A DNA stretch of 63,743 nt, counting the filler, from Atractiella rhizophila (lineage: Eukaryota): assembly GCA_021432655.1 (NCBI GenBank). It is 3 parts of 3 records of this genome, joined end to end, with 100 filler letters (N's around TTAATTAATTAA, not from the genome) between each part and the next. Parts side by side here need not be neighbours in the genome. Positions count along the whole stretch, not along the records: positions 1 to 29,190 come from MU271724.1; 2 more parts are not named here. One strand, 5' to 3'. The position numbers and the translations under genes were made by a program. Shown here one piece after another: positions 12,074 through 24,371 of the stretch; within the stretch, counting starts at the first letter, position 1; every line of letters begins with the position of its first letter. The notes below the pieces were generated by a model. That model worked only from the letters and a program-made list of their open reading frames with translations. It was not told the DNA's origin and searched no databases.

Positions 12074-14091
12074 ATGTTCATTATACTCATAGGACCACCC
12101 GCCTCAGGCAAATCCACTCTCCTGCGCCACCTCCAATCCACCCACTCATTCACCCATCTCTCCCTCGCCAATATCTCCACCACTCTCCATCATGATCCTA
12201 CCACTCAGGCTGCCTTCGAGTTCCCAACACTCACAGACATGCTAAACCACGCCACCGCCAACTGGACTCAGCGATTCATCACCAGGGACGTGAACACGGT
12301 CGAGGCGCTCGAAGAGTTCACCAAGCGACCTTTCGTCCTCGTAGTTGCCGTCGACGCGCCTATCCTCCTCCGTTTCGCGCGTCATTCGTCCGTCCTCTTT
12401 CTGTTGCTCTTCATCGATCAAATTTGAGCTCTGACGCTCAGATCTCAGGAAGAACCATCCGGATACTACGTTACACGACTTCATAGAGAAAGACGACGCG
12501 TATTCCTACCATCCGTATCCCCTTCTTCCATCAGAGCAATCAAAACCGCCCCGGGACGCCTTAAAATCCCTCCTAGCCTACACAAACCTCTCGATAAAAA
12601 AAAAAAAAAAAAAAAAAAACCCTCGCCAATATCTCCACCACTCTCCATCATGATCCTACCACTCAGGCTGCCTTCGAGTTCCCAACACTCACAGACATGC
12701 TAAACCACGCCACTGCCAACTGGACTCAGCGATTCATCACCAGGGACGTGAACACGGTCGAGGCGCTCGAAGAGTTCACCAAGCGAACTTTCGTCCTCGT
12801 AGTTGCCGTCGACGCGCCTATCCTCCTCCGTTTCGCGCGTCATTCGTCCGTCCTCTCTCTTTTACTCTCCATCGATCAAAATTTGAGCTCTGACGCTCGG
12901 ATCGCAGAAAGAACCATCCGGATACTACGCTACACGACTTCATAGAGAAGGACGACGTGTATTCCTACCATCCGTATCCCCTTCTTCCATCAGAGCAATC
13001 AAAACCGCCCCGGGACGCCTTAACATCCCTCCTAGCCTACACAAACCTCTCGATCCAAAACGCCCACTCCTCGTTACATGACCTGTGCGCATCAGTGGAC
13101 GCCTTAGACCCGCCGTTGGTGGATGAGAGCAGGCTGAGGCCTAGTTGGGATTCGTATTTTATGCTCTTGGCTGAATTGGCAAGTCGGAGGTCGAATTGTA
13201 TGAAGAGGCGGTACGTCTTCGTCCTTTCTCTTCCTTTTCTTCTTCTCTCTTTTATTTTTGGCGCGAGGATGGACATTTGGATTGTTTGGTCTGCTTCATT
13301 CTTCCTATCGATTTATTTTATCGCCATTCCTTCACTTCATGGCTCCAGCATCAACATTGCTTGGAGGCTCCTTTCATCTTTTCACTTTCCATCAATCCTG
13401 GGCATTGCTTCGTGGAAAGTGGTGTTTTCCCGACTTCATTCATCTTCATTCAATCTCTTCACTTGCCGTCACTCAGGTACTGACGTTTCATGGCCTCGAT
13501 ATGACCATGGATAGTGTCGGCGCGGTTCTCGTCCGCGACAAACGAGTGATGAGTACAGGGTACAACGGTACGCCGCGTGGGATGAAAAACTGCAACGAAG
13601 GTTCGTCTCCTCCCTGCCATCCCCCCTCAAGAACTTATCCAGCGAGGACGGATCAACTAAACCGATAACGATGACAGGTGGCTGTCCGCGTTGCAACCTC
13701 TCTTCTCGTTCTGGCGTTGCCCTCGACGAGTGCCTGTGCTTGCATGCGGAGGAGAACGCTCTTTTAGAGGCGGGAAGGGAGAGGACAGAGGGCGGGATCG
13801 TTTATTGTAATACGTTCGTCTCCCTTTCCTCCTACCGAACTTCTTGCCCCGTATTGTAATCAAGGGCACTAACTCACTTAATGCTCAATCCTATGCTTGT
13901 CTTCGCTACCGATGGATGGATTTGGGTCGACGTACAGATGCCCTTGCCTCCGATGTTCCGTCAAGCTCGCGCAGGTTGGGATTAGAGAGGTGGTGTATTC
14001 GAAGAGTTATAGTATGGATGTGGACGCGAAGAGGATATTGGAAGAGGCGGGGGTGAAGTTGAGGCAGATGGGAGTTGTGGATACTGTCTGA
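12074..14091 (+). CDS. DCD1: dCMP deaminase with N-terminal P-loop-like domain; assembly contains a duplicated internal segment
   Basis: Contains GPPASGKS, RPSWDSYFMLLAELASRRSNCMKR, VGAVLVRDKRVMSTGYNGTPRG, CLHAEENAL and PCLRCSVKLAQVGIREVVY. Confidence 0.92.
12162..13054 (+). repeat. Tandem near-identical duplication (12162-12595 / 12620-13054) joined by 24 A
   Basis: Two copies differing by scattered SNPs; poly-A at 12596-12619. Confidence 0.95.
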
Positions 14092-15154
14092 CCCTTCCGT
14101 TTTGCACATGTAACATATATGTGGATGAATGATGGGTGGAGAACGTTCGTATTTCATCAAATATCATTAAACTGAAGATATGAACGTAACGCAATGATGA
14201 AACTAGACGATCTATCTTTCTTTAATAAGAGAGGAGTTATAACTTGCATTCCTTACATCTCCATACCAGTCCATCCCCACAATTATTCGACTGATCCATT
14301 AACGATTCGAGCTCCTGCCCACCGCGAAGGTGACAGCGATGACGACACCGAGGAAGACGATGGCACCTGGCAGGATGAGATCCTTAGGCACGCCAAAGAC
14401 CTGTTCGCCATCCACGACAAAAAAAAAAAAAAAAAAAAAAAAATGTGCTTGCATGCGGAGGAGAACGCTCTTTTGGAGGCGGGAAGGGAGAGGACGGAGG
14501 GCGGGATTGTTTATTGTAATACGTTCGTCTCCCTTCCTTCTTACCGCTCTTCTTGCCTCGTATTGTAATCAAGGGTGCTAACTCTCTTAACGCTCAATCC
14601 TATGCTTGTCTTCGCTACCAATGGATGGATTTGGGTCAACGACGTGCAGATGTCCTTGCCTCCGATGTTCAGTCAAGCTAGCACAGGTTGGGGTTAGAGA
14701 GGTGGTGTATTCGAAGAGTTATAGTATGGATGTGGACGCGAAGAGGATATTGGAAGAGGCGGGAGTGAAGTTGAGGCAGATGGGAGTTGTGGACACTGTC
14801 TGAACTGAGCCATCCTCTTGCACATTTGCACATGATGCCTTTTGTGTAAGATGGATGGATGATGGGTGGAGAACCTTCGTATTTCATCAAATATCATTAA
14901 ACTGAAGATATGAACGTAACGCAATGATGAAACTAGACGATCTATCTTTGTTTAATAAGAGAGGAGTTATAACTTGCATTCCTTACATCTCCATACCAGC
15001 CCCAGTCCATCCCTACAATTATTCGACTGATCCATTAACGATTCGAGCTCCTGCCCACCGCGAAGGTGACAGCGATGACGACGCCGAGGAAGACGATGGC
15101 ACCTGGAAGGATGAGATCCTTAGGTACGCCAAAGACCTGTTCGCCATCCACGAC
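13735..15154 (+). repeat. Tandem near-identical duplication (13735-14418 / 14444-15154) joined by 25 A; repeats the 3' ends of DCD1 and of the CBS gene
   Basis: Second DCD1 C-terminus at 14444-14803; extra CBS-gene tail at 14299-14418; poly-A at 14419-14443. Confidence 0.95.
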
Positions 15155-18100
15155 CTTTGCGCTGGGCGGATCCGCAAGGACGGTTTCGAGGGTGGCTTTC
15201 CTCTGATTCTGACTCTTTGTGGCCTCTCCCACATTTCCCCATCCCTTCCCACCCTTCAGATGGAGCACGACCCTGTCCTTCCCCTGCTTCCTGACCACCT
15301 TCACCGCGTCCCCAACATCCTGATCACCCGTCATGACCACCAAATCTCCGTCGTCGTCCAAGTAGCAGAGGTGAAAGTCGGAGGGGTCTCTTTCATCTTC
15401 TCCCTCTGCGGGAGGGGAGGAGAAGAAGTCGTCGGAGAGCAATTTGCCGGCGACAATGTCACGGAGGTTCTCGTAGTTGTCGTACCTCGCAGAGAAACGG
15501 TGGGTAGAGCCTCCGGGTCCAGAGAACTTGAACAGATACGTTCCATCATCCTGTGTCGGCACAGGCCCGGCCGCACCAATCATCCGACTTCCCAACATCG
15601 ATTCGTCGTGCGCTCCTCCTCCCACCAAAGAGGCGCTGTCACCAGGAGCGAGTTCGCTGATGGGCGAGTTCTGCACTTCCGACCTCAACAGCCTCTCGCG
15701 CGCTGGCGTCGTTGGGACTTCGGGCAGATGATCGGAGACGACGGATTCGCTGTCTTCCCCTCCATGCTGACTGCCACCGAAGGAAGCGAAGAACTTGGAC
15801 CACACAGGCCCTCCTTGCTCGCTTCCTGATCCGTCGCCACCGATCGAGTTGATTTGCTCCAATGTCGCATATGTGAGCTTTAGGACATCGACTATGCCGA
15901 CGAGGGCTCCGGTGTCGTCCAAGACAGGGAGGTTGAGGTAGTGACCGTCTAATGCCCTTTAGCAGGGAACGAGAGAGGGAAGGGGGAAAGACGAACCATG
16001 CATCTTCCTCAACGCTTGTTGGATTGAGAGGGACGGCTGAGCCGTGTCTGGATGGGGAGTCATAACACGGACGACGGAGCAAGTCCTGGCGTCCAAACCG
16101 GCGGCGATAACTCTAAGTACTACATCCTTGCTAGTAAAAATACCAGCGAGCTTCCTGCCCTCCTGCTCCATCACACAAACAGCCGTCGTATGATGTTCCT
16201 TCATCAATCTCGCCGCTTCTCTAACCGTGGTCTTCACGCCAACGGTGGCAGGTCCAGTACGGGCATCGAGAATGGATCCGAGGTCTGGGAAAGACATCTT
16301 CTCCCGTAACGCTTCGACATAGGACATCAAGGAAGCATTGGCTTGAGATGGCGCGCCGAATTCGGTCTGAACGCCTTCGAGGGCGGTATACAGCTTCTGG
16401 GACGAGTTTGCGGCGCGTTCGAGCTTCTCTAACGACTCGTGGAACACCTTTGTGATATCGAGCAGACCAACGACGTCGCCTTCTTCGTTGCAAACGGGCT
16501 GTCATGTTCTCAATCATGTTGTAAGCTCGGGGAGGAGGAGCAGCTTACCAGGTGCCGGAAGCCACGAGTTACCATCGTCTGGAGGGCTTCTGTGGCTGAA
16601 GTCGTGTCCCGGGTGACCATTGGGTTCCGCGTCATGATGGTAGACACTGGCGTATTTCGCGGATCAAGTCCCTCTCCGACAACCTGTCCGTCAATACGTT
16701 AGCACAGCGAACAGACACAACTGGGAACAGACACAACGTCGAGGCGGTAAAGCGAGGCCACAACGCGTTCAGGACAAATGACGGGCACAATGCAGAATGT
16801 TTTAACAAGCACTGACCTTCCCTTTGGAGGTTTTCCTTCAGTTGTTAGAAGACCCATCTGACACTCTCTGCGAGAGTTTCAGCCTGTGCCTGTGAGAGCA
16901 TCGAGAGTGCAACAAATGGAGGAACTGATGACGCATCACACTTAAAGCAACACTTAGAATTGCTGGATGAGACACCACGAAAGACAAAAGGGCATCTAGC
17001 TGTCTTCAAGGTTGGCTGCCGCTACTGTGTTATGAACCGCAAGCTCATAGTGAAAAGGCGGTGAAAAGACTGAATGAAAAGAATATTTTGAATAGAGAGA
17101 AGGAAGTCGTCCAGGCTGGACGGAATTGACAATGGCAGCTCGCGCTTCCAAGAACAATAGACCCCGACGGTGTCTGCCTCCAGGAGAATGATAGATAGCA
17201 CACTTCAAACTTCAAAAATATCAAGGCCAACGAAAGCAGAGGGTGTCGAGGGCCTTCGGCTTCTTCCTTTCATGGATAAATGTCTATTGCAGCCTGTTAA
17301 ATTAGAAAGATTTGCTCCTCATTTATTTTTTTCACGAGTTCTCAGACTTTGAATACTCCAATAGAGCTGCATGGGGGGATGGAATAGAAACGAGTGCCCA
17401 GCTAGGTCACGTCATGACTGTCCTCCATCTTCGTCTGCTCTGTTTCTTTCACAGGCAAAAACGAGTCCTGTTTCTCAACTGCGACCAATAGTTTGACGGG
17501 TCAATAAAAAAAAAAACGAGTTACCATCGTCTGGAGGGCTTCTGTGGCTGAAGTCGTGTCCCGGGTGACCATTGGGTTCCGCGTCATGATGGTAGACACT
17601 GGCGTATTTCGTGGATCAAGTCCCTCTCCGACAACCTGTCCATCAATACGTTAGCACGGCGAACAGACACAACTGGGAACAGACACAACGTCGAGGCGGT
17701 AAAGCGAGGCCACAACGCGTTCAGGACAAATGACGGGCACCATGCGGAATGTTTCAACAAGCGCTGATCTTCCCTTTGGAGGATTTTCTTCAGTTGTTAG
17801 AAGACCCATCTGACACTCTCTGCGAGAGTTTCAGCCTGTGCCTGTGAGAGCATCGAGAGAGCAAACAAATCGAGGAGCTGATGACGCATCACACTTAAAG
17901 TAACACTTGGAATCGCTGGATGATAACCATGAGATACAAAAGGGCATTCATTATAGCTGTCGTCAAGGTTGCTGCAGCTACTGGTCATGAACGCCAAGGT
18001 CATAGTGAAAGGCGGTGGAAAGACTGAATGAAACGAATATTTTGAATGGAGAGAAGGAAGTCGTCCAGGCTGGACAGAATTGACAATGGTAGCTCGCGCT

Positions 18101-19372
18101 ACCAGGGAACAATAGACCCCGATGACATCTGCATTGGGACGTCGTCTAGTGGAGCTGCTCTACGGCCCTCAGGAGAACGACGGATAGCACACCTCCTAAT
18201 TCAAACAAATCTAGACAACGAAAGCACAGGGTGTCGTGGGCCTTCTACTTCTTGGGCACATTGCAGCGGCTCCAACCTCTCCACATCTATGCATTCCCCA
18301 ACGCAGACGAGGGTACCAAGGCGTCTTCCACACAAGGGAGGATGTTGGCGTTGTCAGGTACAGAATACAATGGCGTCTCCATTGCGGCGTGTCAAATTAA
18401 AACAGATTTGCTCCACCTTTATTCTTTTTTCAAGAAGAATTGAAGTTCGTTCAAATGAGAAAAAAAGGAAAGAACAGACTTTGAATATTCCAAATGGAGC
18501 AACGGTTTGAGAGATGCAGAGATGGAATAGAAAGGAGCGCCGAGTTAAGGCACGTCATGACTTCAGCTGTGCTGCAGCGTTACAGCTGTCCTCTGTCTTC
18601 ATCTGCTCTGCTTCTTTCACAGGCAAAAAAACTAGTTTGTTTCTCTACTGCGACCAATAGTTTGACGGGTCAATCTTTCTTAAAGTGGCCAATTTTCAAC
18701 CTCCCAAGGCAAACATTCTCGCCATAAATGGATGAATGCATCACCCCACGCCCTTTAGAAGAAAGACTCACGCGAAACGCCAAATCCTTAGCCGTAAAGA
18801 TACCACACAAATGTTCCTCCTCATCCACGACCAACACACAATCCGTCCTCTTCGCCGCACACAGCTGGCTCGCATCCGACACCATCAGCGTATCGGGGAC
18901 CGTCAGCGCCGGCAACGGTTTCAGCGCAGACACCGTCCCCGCGACGGGGCGCTCTCGACGGCGAGCCCCCCCGCCGCCGCGACGGGAGGACTGGGGGATC
19001 TGGGAGGGGTGGCCCGGCCGTTTCTTCGCCAGGTCCGCCTGTATCCTGTTCCGTATCGCCTGTCCACCCACCACCAACCGCTCGACGTCAGCCACTGCAC
19101 TCGCACCAACCCTCTCCTCTCATTGGATCCTCCGACCCAACCAGACGCGCGAAAAAAGCGCTAGAAGGGACGTGGAGGGGGGAAATGCGCACCTCGTCCT
19201 TTTTCGACTGTCGGGCCCTCGACGGGTCGCCTAGGCTGCCGGGTGGCGCATTGGACGGGGGATGGGAGGGCGAGAAGGAGCCGACGCCGCTGTCTGAGCC
19301 GTAGAAGGTGGACGTGCGGTTGGCTGCGTTCCTGTTGACGGGCTGCGGCCGGGTGTGGGAGAGCGACGACAT
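15035..19372 (-). CDS. CBS-domain (two pairs) + PB1 + C-terminal TM protein (Mug70-like)
   Basis: Contains CAAKRTDCVLVVDEEEHLCGIFTAKDLAFR, AARLMKEHHTTAVCVME..GIFTSKDVVLRVIAAG, the PB1 segment YLFKFSGPGGSTHRF..LCYLDDDGDLVVMTGDQDV, and a C-terminal hydrophobic anchor. Confidence 0.9.
16565..18674 (+). repeat. Tandem duplication (16565-17505 / 17517-18674) of one CBS exon plus a long intron, joined by 11 A
   Basis: The exon copies are nearly identical. The intron copies differ by many substitutions and indels (941 vs 1158 bp overall). Confidence 0.9.
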
Positions 19373-20974
19373 CTGGCTTGCTGGGCGAGGGAGACGCGGA
19401 GTCGATGGGAAGTACCTCGTCTGCTGTTTTGTTTCGTTAGGGATGGATGGAGGAAGTCGGAACACCTTTCACAGCGCGTGCCAGGTGTGGTTGCACAGGT
19501 CTGACGCGCGTGGGAACTCGAGGATTGTCACGCTCTACTCTCCGGCGGGACAATAACAACACGGGCTTTCGTGCGGAACGAGCAAGGGTTACAAAAGCCA
19601 GGGGGGGTTCGGACGGAAGACTCTGACGATCAAAGCGCTGGGGAGTGACTTCAGGAGTGCAAATATCCCCAAGGGTAAGAGTAGGAAGGGGCGAATTTGA
19701 AACGGAACCGTACGTCTTTCCTCTAAGAAGAAGTGAGTGGATGAATGAGCTCTCTTCTTTTCGCATTTGATGATGGGGCGATATATTGATGCTCGAGATT
19801 ATGTATTCGAGAGAGGATGTTAGAGATGTCGTTGAGGACATCACACAGTGTGTCAGCCATCGCAACCATGAGCAGATAAAGCAAGCGAACAGTCGCCGTG
19901 CGTTCTTCACACGCTCTGATTCCTACCTCTTCTGCTTTTGCATACCCACTTTGGGTCATGTACTTCCACAGTACAGCTGGCTCATCACATTTAATCCACA
20001 AGAGAAACTACATCTCGCTTTGTTGCATGACATCACCCCGCCGCTCTCGACCATCCTGTACACTACCGTGCCCTGCCCGAGCTGAATCAAATGATTCTGC
20101 TCCACTAACACATAGCATGCACTTCAGGCAATTGAGGAGTCTCCTCCTTTCATCCCGCATCTTTTGTAATCAGCTGTGCAAGTCATCGATTCTATGTCTG
20201 TAAGGCTGTTTTTTTGCAGACGAGAGCTGGTTTAGTGATGTCCTGTGGCATTCGCAGGATATGGCCAACGTGCTACGTTAAATCTTTCTGCGACTAGTTC
20301 TACCATCGGCCAAAGGGTAATTCGGCTTGAAAGATTCTTTGAGCCTGTTACTTCCCGCTCAAGGTAGACGAAACAGCATAAACGGTCCGCGAGTGGCCTG
20401 CTTCCTTCGTACCTTCCTTCTTTACTGTAAGAGTGCAATGAAAGTGTTCAGTTTAACGAGGAAAGTTCTCATCGTGATCTTCCTCTCTAGAGGGAACGGG
20501 GATGGACAGGTCGGCATGGCCGGACCAAGCTGTTCTTCTGCATGTGGCCTTTATGTGCAGCATAGCTTTGATTTACACTTCAGTTTAATGTACACAACCC
20601 TTTTGATTGTTTGACTGATGGTCGCCTTTCTGACAGAACCTCGCTTTCATCTGTGCATTTGACTAATTAGATTGCAGAGGTAGCATTGTAGGGAGCTAGA
20701 TTCCTTGATAACGGCGGTAATGGTGTTCGTTTATTGTTCTTTTGAACAGAAATCTATTATTTGTCTGGATCTCAGGATTTCAATAGATTTCCGTCCTTGA
20801 ACGTGAAGATACCCACTCATATGAACAGTGAACAAGGGCATTAAACATGCGGCTCACGACTACACTTCGCACACGAGATTGAATACATCTTTAAAGACCA
20901 GCTGTGTTCCTGTACGAGAACGTCCAATGACTTGGCTTTTAGATCACTTCGAGTGAAACACTTTACACCCCACT

Positions 20975-23900
20975 ATGGACAATGTTACCCCGACCTCTTT
21001 TCTTCCTCCTCCTCATACCTCTCCTCTTCCCTCAGCCGAGATGCCACCAGCCGTAGCCCCTGGATCCCCTGCACCACGTTCGATGTCTGAGTCTCGGCTC
21101 AGGAAACCATCATCCCAACTCTTCTCATGGTCGAGGCTCACAGGCCAAACTAGTTCCCCGACGCTTCCTCAAAGTCCTAATTCACAACGGCCATCAGTTA
21201 GTCCGCAACCACGTCCACACCCAATGTCCCCTCAAACGCGTCCACTGTCGATGGCGCCGCCACCTCACCCTCCGCCAACAATGCCGCCTTCAACTACAAC
21301 CACTGAACAACAACGAGATGAAGAGCGCCGTCGCTTGTCCATGGAAAAGGCCGCTCGACAAGCTGAACAGGATCTGGAGGAGGCGATTCGACGAAGCAAA
21401 TTGGACGCAGAGGCGGAGAGGGACTATGAGCTGATTTTGCACCAGTCGAAGGAGCAGTTTGAAGCGGACGAAGCGTTGAAGAGGAGCGAAGCTGAGGCCG
21501 AGAAACGTTACGAGGCTATCCTGCGTCAGTCGAAGGAACAGTTTGAGGCGGAACAGGCCTCGATGAGGAGAGAGGCGGAGGCGGAGGAGGCGGTTCTGAT
21601 GCAGGCGTTGCAGTTGAGTGCGGAGGAGATGCAGGAATATCAGGCGAATTCGAGGGTTCAAAAGAATAGGGATCGAGAGAGGGAAGAGATGGAGTTGGCG
21701 ATGGCATTGAGTACATATTCTATTCCTGTGCTGATGACGAACTCACACGAATATCGTAGGCATGCAGGAGAATTATGCGAGACGAATGGCAACAGTTAGA
21801 CGACCGCCTCAGACGAATGGAGCGAGCACCAGTGCATTGAGAATCACCAACCACGATCCCCAGCCTTCAACTTCGCGAGCTCAGACCCGCCGTCGTCCGA
21901 GTCGACAGCCGCGACCAGCTTCGGTTGTTGGTTCGGATATTGAAGAGGGAAACGAACCCCCTCCTCCTCCTTATTCCGAGTACGAGGAACCCTCAGGACA
22001 ACAAAGCCAGTTGGTCCAGAGTCCCGTCGACGTTTCCTCAACATACCAAAGTTTCGCGATACCCACATCCGAGCCTGAACCCCAGCTTGAAGAGGAGGAA
22101 ACCCCGAGACCAGTTCCTCCTCAACCGCTGACGGAAATACCAACAGCTTTCGGCCCACCAGAAGAGCAACCAACGTTTTTTACCTCCGCGCCCATCACGC
22201 ATCGGCGCACGACATCTTCTTATCGCTCAGCCCACGACCTCGTTAGGCAAAGTCTGGATAACCTGCAAGCAAACCCCCCACATCGCCCGTCGATGCCTCC
22301 CTCGACAAGTGTAGGGCACCCTCACCCGTCCACAATCGCCACGTCGAAAGGTGAAGGATCAGAAGCAGATGAGGACGTGAATTCCTTTTCAATCAGACGT
22401 CGCCCCCCAGCAGCAACCCAAACGCCTGATCTTGTGACCCCTCCTCGACGCCAGCCTATTGCAACCATGTATGACAGAGTTTCACCAGCACACACAATAC
22501 CGCCAGCGATGCAACGCCCTGTGATGACTATGTATGAGACTTCGCCCAACAACATTCCCACAGCTCTTGTGGCCGAGCCAGTCCATTCTTCATCCACTCA
22601 AATGTCCTCTTTGTCCTCTCTCTCCAAGCGCATCCCTCCGAAGCCACCCAGTCGGAAGTCCAAACCGTCCCTTGGACCGCCCCCTCCCATTCCACCGAAA
22701 CACAAAAAGCCTCCCAGCAGACCGCTTCCTATGGACCCCGAGACGGAACAGGAGGCTACAATTCCAGAGGCTAGCCCAGAGATACCCCCGAAGATCGAGC
22801 ACGACGCAGAGCCTGATCCATTTGGTGATGAGATGGAGGTGGACAGAGGGAGTTTGTTGGTACACACTGGTAGCAAAGGGAAAGGGAGAGAGTCTGATCT
22901 GGATGTCGATGCGTCCTCGTTAGGCCATGGGGATAGTAGGTCGCCGAGAGAACAGGGTGATATTCAGGAGTCTTCGCGGGCATCAAGCTCAGAACTCTTG
23001 CAACCCGTTCATGACGCTGATTCGCCCAGAACATCGCTCGAAACAACACGAAGGTCACGCAGTTCTCTCTCGATAACACCTTCGAGCCGAGCTTCTCTCA
23101 TTCCAGACCTGGTCGTTTCCCCATCCAAACCGACCACTACTCTTCCCCCTATCGTAACTTCCGATATTTCCCCTCCATCTCGACACTCTCTAGTTGTGCT
23201 CTCTCCTGCTGATGCACCTGTTGCGGGAGAAGAGATACTACGAGGCGTCAGATTTGGCTATTCTGGCAAAGACGAGGGGGAGGGCCAATTCGACGGGAGA
23301 GGGAGTCTACCTAGTGTTGTTCCCTTGTCATTTCTGGAGAAGAACACGGATTCATTCTGCATTGAATCACGTAGCTGGTCCGTCATTTTACGATACTTGA
23401 TGTGGTATGGGAACACGAGGATCGAACCCACTCCGCACGATATCGCGTTCGTCGAGTCGGAGGATCCCCTGCGCGTTCAGATCCGTGTGATTTTCTGGAG
23501 GACGGTCAGGGGAACAACTAGGGTGCGCATTCGAATCTCCCTCCTTCCAGTTGCTGGACTGTCTCCTCCAAACTCGCAACCGCTCCAACCTCTTCCTCAC
23601 TCTCCACGCATCCTCCAATCGTTCTATCCGTCCTCCTCCTCTTCCTCCCCCCTCCCGATCCATGTTATAATTCCAAATACCGAACCACTCCCCCTCAATG
23701 CTGGCGAGCTTGCACAGAAACTGTTCATGATTGGACGTGTTGCCAGATTGACTTGCTCTGGCAGTTCGAGAAACCATTCTACGAACGGAAAGGTGCTGAA
23801 GGAGTTGGCTACTGGAATGGAAATTGTGCGAAAGGAAAATCAGGAGCCGGAAGGAGATGGACATGAACCCGGGTTGTTCGACAGGTTGCGAAAAAGAGTG

Positions 23901-24047
23901 AAGGGCAAAGAGAAGAATAAAGAAGAACCCAGACCGTTGGCAGAGCAAGCAGCGCTAATTACGCCTTTTGATGTCGATGCCTATGAAGAACCGAAGGATA
24001 GGGAGGACAATAGGAGGATATCTCAGGATTGGGAAGTTGTAGGTTAG
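20975..24047 (+). CDS. Pro/Ser-rich protein with UIM-like helices and a PPxY motif (~1000 aa, one intron ~21711-21759)
   Basis: Contains EQDLEEAIRRSK, EEAVLMQALQLSAEE, EEMELAMALS and PPPPPY, in two long ORFs linked by a GT-AG intron. Confidence 0.75.
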
Positions 24048-24371
24048 GCTCTCATTACCTTGGCTTGGAACAGCATGAACGTTTGTACTCTTACGACAGT
24101 AATCCGTCTACAAACTTGATTTAGTGTATGAGCAGACCTTTGTGTGTATCATTATGTGACCTTGAAAATGTTGATATCTTATATTTTCGTTGACCCCAGT
24201 CTTCCGCGATTTGTTGCACACTGCTTTGCAGAGGTGAACGAAGCAAGAGGACAAAGTTATCACACTGTTACGACGAAAAGAAGGAAGCACAAACGGTCCA
24301 GAAAAGAACATAATGATAATAAAACACAGGTTTCACAGAAGCTCTTTGCTTCTTCAACTCCAACGATTAAA

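Noticed and set aside
14194..14581. ORFs with poly-Lys fused to a deaminase HAEEN motif
   Set aside because: They are chimeras created by the 25-A junction between duplicated alleles.
14924..15829. 301-aa plus-strand ORF
   Set aside because: Antisense shadow of the CBS/PB1 terminal exon.
12596..17516. Poly-A tracts as retrotransposon or retrogene tails
   Set aside because: The flanking copies retain introns, lack target-site duplications and break mid-exon. The run lengths match the gap placeholder, so an assembly artefact explains them better.
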